This document shows, piece after piece, positions 1 through 8,391 of a stretch of DNA of 64,000 bases. Made by a program: the position numbers and the translations under genes. Source of the DNA: Betaproteobacteria bacterium (GTDB taxonomy: Bacteria > Pseudomonadota > Gammaproteobacteria > Burkholderiales > UBA6910). The DNA lies in contig JACPEG010000029.1 in the NCBI GenBank assembly GCA_016183615.1, positions 8,012-72,011 of the forward strand, given 5' to 3'. Within the stretch, counting starts at the first letter, position 1; every line of letters starts with the position of its first letter. The notes beneath the pieces are model-generated. The model was not told where the DNA came from. It did not search any database and worked only from the letters and a program-made list of their open reading frames with translations.

Positions 1-107
1 GCCCGCCACGGCCCCGCAGCCACTCCGTGAGGGCTCCCCTGCCCCGGGCGCGGTTGAAACCGGGGCGCCCGCCCCAAAATAAACGCTTTATTCGGGAGGA
101 TAGAACC

Positions 108-1469
108 ATGCGACACGTTTCGCGTGCCCTGGTGGGCGTTTGCCTCGCCGTGGCCACCCTCGTCTCCGGCGCCGCTTCCGGCGCCCTGCCGCTGCTCCAG
201 GGGAAGGAAGGCCTGCCCACCCTGGCGCCGATGCTCAAGGACGTCACGCCCTCGGTGGTGAACATCGCGGTGCTCCAGCGCTCGCCGGAGATGGACAACC
301 CGCTGCTGCGGGACCCCTTCTTCCGGCGCTTCTTCAATCTTCCCGAGCGGCCGCGGCCCCAGCTCTCGGCCGGCTCCGGCGTGATCGTGGACGCGGCCAA
401 GGGCTACGTGCTCACCAACCACCACGTGATCAAGGATGCCCAGGAGATCGTCGTCATCCTCAAGGACAACCGCCAGACCAAGGCGAAGCTGGTGGGCTCC
501 GACGCCGGCACCGACATCGCGGTGCTCAAGATCGAGCCGGAGAATCTCAGTGCCTTGAGATTCGGCGATTCCGACGCCCTCAGCGTGGGGGATTTCGTGA
601 TCGCCATCGGCAATCCCTTCGGCCTGGGCCAGACCGTCACCTCCGGCATCGTGAGCGCCCTGGGCCGCAGCGGCATCAACATCGAGGGCTACGAGGACTT
701 CATCCAGACCGACGCCTCCATCAATCCCGGAAATTCCGGCGGCGCGCTGGTGAACCTGAAGGGCGAGCTCGTCGGCATCAACACCGCCATCATCGGCCCG
801 GCGGGGGGCAACGTGGGCATCGGCTTCGCGGTGCCCGCCAACATGGCGAAGGCGGTGATGGCCCAGATCATCCGGTTCGGCGAAGTGCGGCGCGGGCGGC
901 TCGGGCTTTCCATGCAGGACCTCACGCCCGATCTCGCCAAATCCCTGGGCGCGAATCTGAAGGAAGGCGCGGTGGTGACGGAAGTGGAGCCCGATTCCCC
1001 GGCGGCCAAGGCCGGGCTCAAGCCGGGCGACGTCGTGATGACGGTGAACAACCGCCCGGTGCGCAGCTCCGGCGACCTGCGCAACCAGCTGGCGCTGATC
1101 CCGGTGGGCGAGAGCGCCGACATGAGGCTCATCCGCGGCGGCAAGGAAACGGCGGTGAAAGCCCGCATCGGCCAGGTGGAAGCTCAGAAGCTCGCCGGCG
1201 GTGAAGCGCTGCCCGAGCTGGCGGGCGCCACGGTGGCCAACTTCCAGGCGGGCTCCGGCCGCGAGAAGAAGGAAGCGGTGATGGTGACCGAAGTGGCGGC
1301 GGGCAGCCCCGCCTATTTCCACGGCCTGCGGCCCGGCGACGTGATCGTCGGCGTCAACCGCAAGAAGGTGCGCACCGTGAAGGAACTCATCGCCGCCTTC
1401 AAGGGCGCCGAGCGCATCGCCCTTAACGTGGTGCGCGGGGACTTTCTGCTGGTGATCGTGGTGCGCTGA
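108..1469 (+). CDS. DegP/HtrA-family periplasmic serine endoprotease with two PDZ-like regions
   Basis: In the 27..1469 ORF. Met at 108 follows a GGGAGGA Shine-Dalgarno and opens a signal-peptide-like segment. Trypsin-fold triad contexts TNHHV, DIAVLK and GNSGGAL are present, with a PDZ-like C-terminal half. Confidence 0.9.
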   Translation: MRHVSRALVGVCLAVATLVSGAASGALPLLQGKEGLPTLAPMLKDVTPSVVNIAVLQRSPEMDNPLLRDPFFRRFFNLPERPRPQLSAGSGVIVDAAKGYVLTNHHVIKDAQEIVVILKDNRQTKAKLVGSDAGTDIAVLKIEPENLSALRFGDSDALSVGDFVIAIGNPFGLGQTVTSGIVSALGRSGINIEGYEDFIQTDASINPGNSGGALVNLKGELVGINTAIIGPAGGNVGIGFAVPANMAKAVMAQIIRFGEVRRGRLGLSMQDLTPDLAKSLGANLKEGAVVTEVEPDSPAAKAGLKPGDVVMTVNNRPVRSSGDLRNQLALIPVGESADMRLIRGGKETAVKARIGQVEAQKLAGGEALPELAGATVANFQAGSGREKKEAVMVTEVAAGSPAYFHGLRPGDVIVGVNRKKVRTVKELIAAFKGAERIALNVVRGDFLLVIVVR

Positions 1470-1499
1470 GGACCACGGCGCCGGCTTTCCGAGGCGCGC

Positions 1500-1769
1500 T
1501 CAGCCCCCGGACAGCGCGCCGACGATATAGATCTCGGCCCCGGGAGGAACCGGGGTGGCGAGATCGCGGACGATTTCTTCGCCCAGGAAGATCTTCATGT
1601 GGGGGCGCACTTGGCCCTGCTCGTCGATGACCCGGAACGCGAGTCCCGGGAAACGCCGGTCGAGGGCCGCCATCACCTCGGCCGCGGTGCCGCCCTCCAC
1701 TTCCACCTCCGTGGCGCCCCCGGTGTAGGAGTCCAGCAGCGCCGCAATGCGCACCCGCACGGATGCCAT
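1500..1769 (-). CDS. MoaD/ThiS-family ubiquitin-like beta-grasp protein (ends in GG)
   Basis: 89-aa C-terminal part of the 1500..2501 frame (MASVRVRIAALLDSYTGG...IYIVGALSGG). Its ATG overlaps the stop of the upstream BNR gene (ATGA at 1769). Confidence 0.75.
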   Translation of the reverse strand: MASVRVRIAALLDSYTGGATEVEVEGGTAAEVMAALDRRFPGLAFRVIDEQGQVRPHMKIFLGEEIVRDLATPVPPGAEIYIVGALSGG

Positions 1770-2971
1770 CACGGCAACCGCACGGCGGCAACCGCCATGA
1801 TCTTGGGCAGGCCCCGCGCGAGCATCGTCCAGGAATCGCCCTCGTCGCCGCTCCACCACAAATCGCCCGAGGTGGTGCCGAAAACGAGGCCGAGCGGATT
1901 TCCGCCGTCGTGGGCCATCGCCTGGCGCAGCACCGTGTACCACGCCTGGGGCGGCAGCCCGCGATCCAGGCGCTGCCAGCTTTCGCCCCCGTCGCGGCTG
2001 CGGTAGACGGCGGGCCGGCCGCCGACGCTGGTGCGCGGCCACACCGTGCTCCCGTCCATGGGCACCACCCAGCAGGTCCGGTCGTCCCGGGGATGGCAGG
2101 TCACGGGGAAGCCGATGTCGCCCACCTCCTTCGGCATGGCGTCGCCGATGCGCCGCCAGCGCGCATCCCTTTCGTTCTCCTTCCAGTCGAGGCGGTAGAT
2201 GCCGCAGTGATTCTGGTGGTACCAGCGGCGCGGGTTGGCGGGATGGATCACCACGTCGTGGGGATCGTGGCCGAATTCGTACTCCGAGCCGTCTTCCTTC
2301 GGCGGCGCGAAATCCATGGCCACGCCACCGTTCACCGGCCGCCAGCTCGCGCCCGCGTCCTCCGAGAGGAAGATGCCGCCCCCGGAGAGCGCCACGACGA
2401 TCCGCTTGGCATCGGCGGGATCCACCTGCACCGAGTGGCACTTGGGGCCCTCGGGCGTGCCCGGCGCGAAGTTGTAGCACCACTGGGCGAGGGTCGGGCA
2501 ATCGTTGAATCCCGCCACCGCCGACCAGGTGACGCCGTCGTCCTCGCTCCGGAAAAGGCCGATGGGGCTCGCGCCCGCGTACCAGAGCCCCGGCTGGCTG
2601 GCATGCCCCGGCGCGAGCCAGAACACGTGATCCACGCTGAGCCCCTGGCGGCGCGCATCGTCGGGGCCGAGGGACGAGTTCGCGTACTCCTCCTTGGGGC
2701 AGAAGGCCGGCGGGCGCGCGGCTTCCTTCCAGCTGCGCCCGCCGTCGGTGGAGCGGTACACGGTGGGCCCCAGGTGTCCGGTGCGCACGGCGGCGAGGAG
2801 CGTCCCCGCGCCGCGCGCATCCTGCACCACGTGGTGCACCTGGCAGCCGAAGAACCAGGGTTCCTCCAGCTTCCAGTGCTTGTTGTCAGCTATCCGCCGG
2901 AGCGCCCAGGCGCCCTTGCGGGTTCCCAGGATCCAGGCATTCGCATTTGCGGGGGCAATGGGCTGCGTCAT
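1769..2971 (-). CDS. BNR/Asp-box repeat beta-propeller protein (sialidase-like fold)
   Basis: 400 aa with five Asp-box motifs (STDGGRSW, SEDDGVTW, SEDAGASW, SRDGGESW, SGDEGDSW). GAAGGAGG lies upstream of the ATG. Confidence 0.85.
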   Translation of the reverse strand: MTQPIAPANANAWILGTRKGAWALRRIADNKHWKLEEPWFFGCQVHHVVQDARGAGTLLAAVRTGHLGPTVYRSTDGGRSWKEAARPPAFCPKEEYANSSLGPDDARRQGLSVDHVFWLAPGHASQPGLWYAGASPIGLFRSEDDGVTWSAVAGFNDCPTLAQWCYNFAPGTPEGPKCHSVQVDPADAKRIVVALSGGGIFLSEDAGASWRPVNGGVAMDFAPPKEDGSEYEFGHDPHDVVIHPANPRRWYHQNHCGIYRLDWKENERDARWRRIGDAMPKEVGDIGFPVTCHPRDDRTCWVVPMDGSTVWPRTSVGGRPAVYRSRDGGESWQRLDRGLPPQAWYTVLRQAMAHDGGNPLGLVFGTTSGDLWWSGDEGDSWTMLARGLPKIMAVAAVRLP

Positions 2972-3046
2972 GGGACCTCCTTCGTTCGAAAAATCGTCCT
3001 ACCCGGGATCGGCGCATCAAATGCCGCCGGCAAAGGCGGCAGCTTT

Positions 3047-3137
3047 CTCCTCCCCCTTCAAGGAGGAGGCTGGGAGGGGGATGGGATTCGAGCGCCGACC
3101 CATCCCCACCCTGGCCCTCCCCTTGAAGGGGAGGGGA
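3047..3137. repeat. REP-like hairpin cluster, CCCTCCCC-loop-GGGGAGGG family
   Basis: Intergenic. Contains CTCCTCC..GGAGGAG, GGGGATGGG..CCCATCCCC and CCCTCCCCttgaaGGGGAGGG stem-loops. Same family as 4481, 12071, 15574 and 16083. Confidence 0.8.
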
Positions 3138-3146
3138 AACCCCGCG

Positions 3147-3524
3147 TTAACCCATCCCCGGACGGCGCTGTCGCTCCTCGGCCTGGGCGACCGTTTCCCG
3201 GATCGGCCGGATCGGCCGCACCTCGATGCTGCCCACGCGCGCCGGCGGGATCTTCGCCGCCACCTGGATCGCCTCGTTGAGATCCCGCGCCTCGATCATG
3301 TAGAAGCCGGCGAGCTGCTCCTTGGTCTCGGCGAAGGGACCGTCGGTAACCGACACCTTGCCGTCCCTCAACCGCACGGTGGTGGCGGTCTGAACGGATT
3401 CCAGCGCTTCCGAGGCGATGCAGTGGCCGCTCGCCCGTATCGCCGTGTCGTAGGCCACGCAGTCTTCATCGGGCAGCTCGTCCAGCCGCTTTTCGTCGAG
3501 GTAAACCAGGCACAGGTATTTCAT
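3147..3524 (-). CDS. YciI-family (DGPF-type) protein
   Basis: Internal Met of the 3147..3647 ORF (MKYLCLVYLDE...) preceded by GAGGAGA. Carries the DGPFAETKEQLAGFY signature typical of YciI-like proteins. Confidence 0.85.
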   Translation of the reverse strand: MKYLCLVYLDEKRLDELPDEDCVAYDTAIRASGHCIASEALESVQTATTVRLRDGKVSVTDGPFAETKEQLAGFYMIEARDLNEAIQVAAKIPPARVGSIEVRPIRPIRETVAQAEERQRRPGMG

Positions 3525-3534
3525 TGCATTCTCC

Positions 3535-3948
3535 TCAGGGCTCCACGATGACCATCCACGACACGCCGAAGCGGTCGGCGACCATGCCGAAGCGCGGCGA
3601 AAAGAAAGTCTTCGCCAGCGGCATCTGCACCTGCCCGCGCTTGCCAAGGGCCGCGAACAGCCGCTCGGCCTCGGCTTCGTTCGCCGCGGTGAGCGACAGC
3701 GAAAAACCCTGGAAGCTCGGCTTCCCCAGGCACCGCCCGTCGGAGGCCATCACCGCCGTATCGCCGATGCGGAAGCTCGCATGCATCACCTTGTTCTCGG
3801 CGCCGGGCGGAATCATCCCCGGCTGCGGGGGCTCCGGGCTGTCCTTGAAGCGCATCAGCATCTCCACCTCGGCGCCGAGCGCGGCGCTGTAGAACTCGAT
3901 CGCCTCCTCGCAGCGGCCTTCGAAGAACAGGTAGGGTTGAACCTGCAT
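3535..3948 (-). CDS. VOC/glyoxalase-fold protein (PhnB-like)
   Basis: Start at MQVQPYLFFEGRCEEAIEFY, preceded by AAGGAGA. C-terminal FGVSWMV motif is typical of PhnB-like VOC proteins. Confidence 0.8.
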   Translation of the reverse strand: MQVQPYLFFEGRCEEAIEFYSAALGAEVEMLMRFKDSPEPPQPGMIPPGAENKVMHASFRIGDTAVMASDGRCLGKPSFQGFSLSLTAANEAEAERLFAALGKRGQVQMPLAKTFFSPRFGMVADRFGVSWMVIVEP

Positions 3949-4011
3949 TTGTGTCTCCTTGTCTTGCGGTCTGAGTGATCGTCGCAAACAGCGCCGGCAA
4001 GCACGCCGTAT

Positions 4012-4428
4012 TTATTTCTTCGCCCCGCCCCCCATCTCGCGGAAGCGCTCGACCGCCTCGCTGGGCCCGAAGTCCTCCAGCTCGAACAGCTGACGCACCT
4101 CGATCTCGCCTTCCCTGCCATCGACGGCGGGATTGGGAAAGCGCTTCGTCCATTCGATCGCCTCTTCCTTCGACTTCACCTGGATGAGCGTGTAGCCGGC
4201 GATCAGCTCCTTGGTCTCGGCGAAGGGCCCGTCGACCACCGTGCGCTTCTGTCCGGAGTACTTGATGCGCCAACCCTTGGATGTCGGCTGCAGCCCCGAG
4301 GCGTCGAGCAACGCGCCGGCCTTCGCCAGCTCCTCGTGGTAGCTCGCCATCTCGGCGATGAGCTTCTCTTCGGGCATGACGCCCGCTTCCGAGTCCTGGG
4401 TGGCCTTGACAATAATCATGAACCGCAT
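4012..4428 (-). CDS. YciI-family (DGPF-type) protein
   Basis: MRFMIIVKATQDSEAG...VVDGPFAETKELIAGY. Second YciI paralogue in the same operon-like array. Confidence 0.85.
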   Translation of the reverse strand: MRFMIIVKATQDSEAGVMPEEKLIAEMASYHEELAKAGALLDASGLQPTSKGWRIKYSGQKRTVVDGPFAETKELIAGYTLIQVKSKEEAIEWTKRFPNPAVDGREGEIEVRQLFELEDFGPSEAVERFREMGGGAKK

Positions 4429-4480
4429 CGTCGCAAGTCCTTGTAGCAAGTTGAAATTCGGAGCCGGGTCTGGGCGTGGT

Positions 4481-4558
4481 CCCACCCTCCTGAGGGGAGG
4501 GGAAAAAACCCTTTCCCCTCCTTGGACAAGGAGGGGTGCCGGCGCAGCCGGCGGGGTG
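4481..4558. repeat. REP-like hairpin cluster, CCCTCC-loop-GGGAGGG family
   Basis: CCCTCCtgagGGGAGGG, the perfect 10-bp stem CCCCTCCTTGgaCAAGGAGGGG, and GCCGGCgcaGCCGGC. Intergenic between the YciI and sigma genes. Confidence 0.8.
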
Positions 4559-4650
4559 GTTCGATTCCGAACTCAGCCCCGCCTGGCACGCGGTTCGCCC
4601 ATACTCAACAATAGTCGTTCGGGGAAGCGCCAAATCGACAACGGGGGCGA

Positions 4651-5910
4651 TCAATTTTTCAGTTCGGCCAGCCGCCGCTCCAGAAACCGCCGTTCCGGCT
4701 CCGACTTCGTGAGGGCGAGGGCCCGCTGATAGGCCGCCCGGGCCTCCGCCGCTCTTCCCAGCCGGCGGCACAGGTCCGCCCGCGCCGCATGGGCGAGGCG
4801 GTAGTCGGCGAGTTCGCCGCGGGCCAGGATGGCGTCGATGAGCCGCAGGCCGGCCTCCGGGCCGTCGCGCATCGCCACCGCCACGGCGCGATTCAGCTCC
4901 ACCACGGGCGAGGGCTCCACCCGCGCCAGCACGTCGTAGAGCCCGGCGATCTGGGCCCAGTCGGTCGCCGCGGCGCTCTCCGCTTCGCCGTGCACCGCGG
5001 CGATGGCCCCCTGGAGCGCATAGGGGCCGAAGCGCCGCGACGACAGCGCGCGCTCCACCAGCGCCAGGCCTTCCGCAATCTGCTCCCGGTTCCAGAGCGA
5101 GCGGTCCTGGTCCTCCAGCAGGATCAGGTCCCCCGTGGGCGAAGCGCGCGCCGCGCGCCGCGATTCGTGCAGCAGCATCAGGGCGAGCAGCCCCATCGCC
5201 TCGGGCTCCGGCAGCAGCTCCACCAGCAGCCACCCCAGGCGGATCGCCTCGCCGGAAAGATCGGACCGGGTCAATGAAGCGCCGGAGGACGCGGCGTAGC
5301 CTTCGTTGAACACGAGATAGATCACGCGCAGCACCGCATCGAGCCGCTCCGCAAGCTCGGCGTGCCCGGGCACCTGGTAGGGAATGCGCGCATCGCGGAT
5401 CTTCGCCTTGGCGCGCACGATGCGCTGCGCCAGCGTCGGCGCGGGGGTGAGAAAGGCGTGGGCGATCTCCTCGGTGGTGAGGCCGCACACCTCGCGCAGC
5501 GTGAGCGCGACCTGCGCATCCGGCGAGAGCGCCGGGTGGCAGCAGGTGAAGATGAGCCGCAGCCGATCGTCCTCGACGCTGTCCTTGTCCTGCTCCGGCG
5601 CCTCCGCGGCGAGAGCCTCGACCTGTTCGGCCACGTCGTCCAGCGCATCGAAGCGGGCGCGCCGGCGAATGCCGTCAATCGCCTTGAACCGCCCGGCGGA
5701 AACCAGCCAGGCCCGGGGATTGGCGGGCACGCCGTCGCGCGGCCACTGCTCGAGCGCGGCCCGGAAGGCATCGTGCAGCGCCTCCTCGGCGAGGTCGAAA
5801 TCGCCCAGCAGCCGGATCAGGGTGGCCAGCACCCGGCGCGACTCGGCGCGATAGACCGCCTCCACCATCTCGCGCGTACGCTCGATCGCGTTGTCGTTCA
5901 TCGGTGGCAT
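4651..5910 (-). CDS. ECF-type RNA polymerase sigma factor with long C-terminal helical/TPR-like extension
   Basis: 419 aa. Sigma-70 region 2 and region 4 patterns (DLAEEALHDAF; LTTEEIAHAFLTPAPTLAQRIVRAKAKIRD) followed by about 230 aa of helical repeats. Alternative start at MNDN (5901). Confidence 0.85.
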   Translation of the reverse strand: MPPMNDNAIERTREMVEAVYRAESRRVLATLIRLLGDFDLAEEALHDAFRAALEQWPRDGVPANPRAWLVSAGRFKAIDGIRRRARFDALDDVAEQVEALAAEAPEQDKDSVEDDRLRLIFTCCHPALSPDAQVALTLREVCGLTTEEIAHAFLTPAPTLAQRIVRAKAKIRDARIPYQVPGHAELAERLDAVLRVIYLVFNEGYAASSGASLTRSDLSGEAIRLGWLLVELLPEPEAMGLLALMLLHESRRAARASPTGDLILLEDQDRSLWNREQIAEGLALVERALSSRRFGPYALQGAIAAVHGEAESAAATDWAQIAGLYDVLARVEPSPVVELNRAVAVAMRDGPEAGLRLIDAILARGELADYRLAHAARADLCRRLGRAAEARAAYQRALALTKSEPERRFLERRLAELKN

Positions 5911-6101
5911 GTCTCCTGAATCCCGGCGCAGCGGCTGTCGATCACGGTAACCTGTTCATCACCCCGCAGCTTCGGGGGCGGTGTCCGTCAGATCCCACTT
6001 CGCGCCCAAACTCCGCTGAGTGCTTCCGTCTCGCCATCCGACACCGCCCACATTATCATCACGCTATCGGAAGCGTCCGACAATTGGGGGGAGCCCAGTT
6101 G

Positions 6102-6845
6102 TTATGCTGCGCCGCTCGCATCGTCCGGTCCGTACTTCGCGCGGAGCACTTCGTGCAGCTCGTGCATGTGCTCATGGTCCGGCTCGGCCGCCAAGGACGC
6201 GAGGTCGAAATCCAGGCAGATCTCGATGTCCTTCTGCGAAAGGTAGTTGCCGTGGATCAGCACTTCGCGGATTTGGTCGGCGGCGTCGGGATACTCGCGT
6301 TCGTCTGGGTCGTGGTTCTGGAGCAGGAAGTCGCGGTAGCAGTGCTCGATGACCGGCCTGGAGTGCTCCTGGATCTCGTCCACGACGCGCAGGATCTCGG
6401 TGATCTTGGCGTCGAGCGCAGCTTGGGTGCTGAAGAAGATGTTGCCGTTGGGGTGGGCGGTGTCATTGCGCTCCTTCACGAGCGCCGCGTAGCTGCCCAC
6501 TTTTGCATTGTCACATCCGATCAGCTTGAGAAAGCGAAGAACACTACTCTCGTTCACTCGCCAGAATGTGAAGGGCGACGTCGCTGCAAGCAGCTCCTTC
6601 TCAAGGTCCTTGTTGAACCCCACCATAGCCATCTCGAAATCCTTCGGTTTCGTCTGCTTGATCTGCCAGATGTTGAAGTAAACACAGCTCATGGTGAGCA
6701 TGTGGTAGGCGAGGAAGGCGAACTGGTACTTGGCGTGGGTATAGTTCATCTCGAACGCGTCCCACAGGAACTCGATATATTCCTGCTCCTTGGGGCTCTT
6801 GAAGGAGAGCGGCAGGTAGTTGCCCAGCTCGGCGGCTTCCTCCAT
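6102..6845 (-). CDS. hypothetical protein with HEPN-like Rx4H motif (ALVKERNDTAHPNG)
   Basis: 247-aa ORF in the AT-richer island, predicted helical. Its single RNDTAH motif matches the HEPN R-x4-H pattern. The ATG lies 8 nt after the stop of the truncated ATPase ORF. Family assignment is weak. Confidence 0.55.
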   Translation of the reverse strand: MEEAAELGNYLPLSFKSPKEQEYIEFLWDAFEMNYTHAKYQFAFLAYHMLTMSCVYFNIWQIKQTKPKDFEMAMVGFNKDLEKELLAATSPFTFWRVNESSVLRFLKLIGCDNAKVGSYAALVKERNDTAHPNGNIFFSTQAALDAKITEILRVVDEIQEHSRPVIEHCYRDFLLQNHDPDEREYPDAADQIREVLIHGNYLSQKDIEICLDFDLASLAAEPDHEHMHELHEVLRAKYGPDDASGAA

Positions 6846-6854
6846 GGCTATCGC

Positions 6855-7637
6855 TCAGAAACGGAAGCCAAACAGCCCACCGTCTTCCCTGGCATCAGTC
6901 AGGACCGTCGGGAGTATGTGGTCCCGAAGGTCAAAACCGGCGACGGTCGCCTCGGCCACGGTCAGTTGGGTGCGCAGATCAGACGCCTTTCCGACGATAC
7001 TGCCGAACGCGCCGGCACCTGCCGCTTTCTTCAGTTCAGCCAGGGTCTTCTCCCGATCCCGCACTTTCTGCCAGTCGCTGGCAATCCTCCAATCCAGGCC
7101 AAGCAGGAACAGCAGGGCGACCTGATGGTCACCGGCCTGCTGCATTATTGCCTGCTTCTCAGGAGTGGTGAACGCTCCGCTGAGTTGCCGACGCACGAAA
7201 TAGGCGAACAAGGAACGGAATGTCGGGACACGCCCATCGTTCTCAGGCACCTCATGCAACCCGAACATCTTTTCGCCGAGGACTTCTACCCACTCGGAAT
7301 TCGAGAGGCTGATCTTCCCATTTGGGAAGCTGTCGCCTTCAAGATGAATCTTGGATTTCTGGTGCCCAGAGCGTTCAACCCGAAGCTTCTCGCCACCGAG
7401 ATCGAACGCCATGCCGAACGATTCGTTGACGAGCGGTCCTGAGCAACACAGAGAGCCCTTCTCGGCTTTCGAGCCGGTCAAGAAATGAATTATCTCGATC
7501 AAGCTGGTCTTGCCCGCCCGGTTGCGGGTTTGCTTATCCGTCGCGCCCGCTTCCTTTTGCGCGATCAGCACGTTCAGTCCGGACTTGAACTCCAGCGCCT
7601 TGAAAGTCGCGAGACTGCTGTACATGCGGTGGATCAT
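6855..7637 (-). pseudogene. ABC-3C / DUF2326-type ABC ATPase, N-terminal fragment only (Walker A present; no signature or Walker B)
   Basis: MIHRMYSSLATFKALEFKSGLNVLIAQ...NRAGKTSLIEIIHFL matches the N-terminus of DUF2326-type ATPases. The ORF ends after 260 aa at the start of the coiled-coil region, whereas family members are roughly twice as long. Confidence 0.6.
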
Positions 7638-7879
7638 GATGCCCTCCGAACAAGCAGCCCGTCACGCAGATCGATCGCCCCGATGAGAAACAGCAGGTCG
7701 AGCGCAAGCACGAATCCGTCGTAGTGCATGGATCGCGATGCCTTCTGGTCAAGGACAGCGCGCGGCATCTGCTCCCACAAGGCCGACACGGTGACGGGGT
7801 GTGACAGGTGCAGCAGGATCGCCGCGCCGACGGTCAGCAGGGCACGGTCCTGGGGTAGGTGCTTGGAGGGAAGAATCAT
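7634..7879 (-). CDS. small helical protein in the position of an ABC-3C middle component
   Basis: 81 aa (MILPSKHLPQDRALLTVGAAILLHL...). ATGA overlaps with both neighbours (7876-7879 and 7634-7637) indicate translational coupling. Confidence 0.5.
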   Translation of the reverse strand: MILPSKHLPQDRALLTVGAAILLHLSHPVTVSALWEQMPRAVLDQKASRSMHYDGFVLALDLLFLIGAIDLRDGLLVRRAS

Positions 7880-8391
7880 CGTGCGGCGCTCCGTGGTTCT
7901 TCGAAGATGTCGCAGCGCTCGAAGTAGTACGCGATGACCGCGAGTACGGCCAACTCGTGCTCCGGCGTCCCGCGATGATCGCCCCCGACCCACGATTGAA
8001 GCGCGGCGAAAATCCGGTTCGGGCCATCGCTCCCGCGCAACCGCCGATACTCGGCCTTGAAGGCCTCGGCCAATCGTTCCCCGAGCGTCTCGTCGTGCCA
8101 TTGGGCGAGAAACTCGGCGACCAACGGAGACTTGATCATGCCTTCCTTGAGCAAGCGCGCTACGGCCTCGGACAAGGCGTTTGCCTCGATCTTTCCCGTC
8201 GGCACGTCCTTCACATCGGTCATCGGTCGCGCTGGAAGCGCAGCGATCCTGTCCAGCACGACCTTCAAATCACCGAAGCCCAACTTTGTCCTGGTCGCGT
8301 CGGTCAGGGCAGGCCCGAACCATGACGCTTTGTCGTCCGCCGTGAGTTTTCGGAAGATCAGTCGAAGTTTCTCCAGGCCCCACGGCTGCAA
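7876..8391 (-). CDS. ABC-3C effector-component C-terminal domain protein, probably 5'-truncated
   Basis: 171-aa frame that opens only with TTG. The C-terminus ...HELAVLAVIAYYFERCDIFEEP resembles the conserved C-terminal domain of ABC-3C effector components. No N-terminal effector domain is present. Confidence 0.5.
   Translation of the reverse strand: MQPWGLEKLRLIFRKLTADDKASWFGPALTDATRTKLGFGDLKVVLDRIAALPARPMTDVKDVPTGKIEANALSEAVARLLKEGMIKSPLVAEFLAQWHDETLGERLAEAFKAEYRRLRGSDGPNRIFAALQSWVGGDHRGTPEHELAVLAVIAYYFERCDIFEEPRSAAR

Noticed and set aside
3521-5488. 655-aa ORF and many other long ORFs antisense to, or out of frame with, recognised genes. Examples: 140..1204, 1763..3280, 5904..7442, 16072..17565, 25324..27408, 28715..30820, 33444..35060, 35454..37778, 38868..40976, 45522..47042, 52907..54916, 58609..59832.
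   Set aside because: These are typical high-GC shadow ORFs. Their translations are Arg/Pro/Gly/Ala-rich and of low complexity, with no motifs, and each overlaps a gene that has clear family signatures on the other strand or in another frame.
5911-6101. Possible ECF-type autoregulatory promoter (a GAAC-like -35 element) upstream of the sigma factor gene
   Set aside because: I could not find a -35/-10 pair with convincing spacing by eye. It needs the group-specific promoter model.
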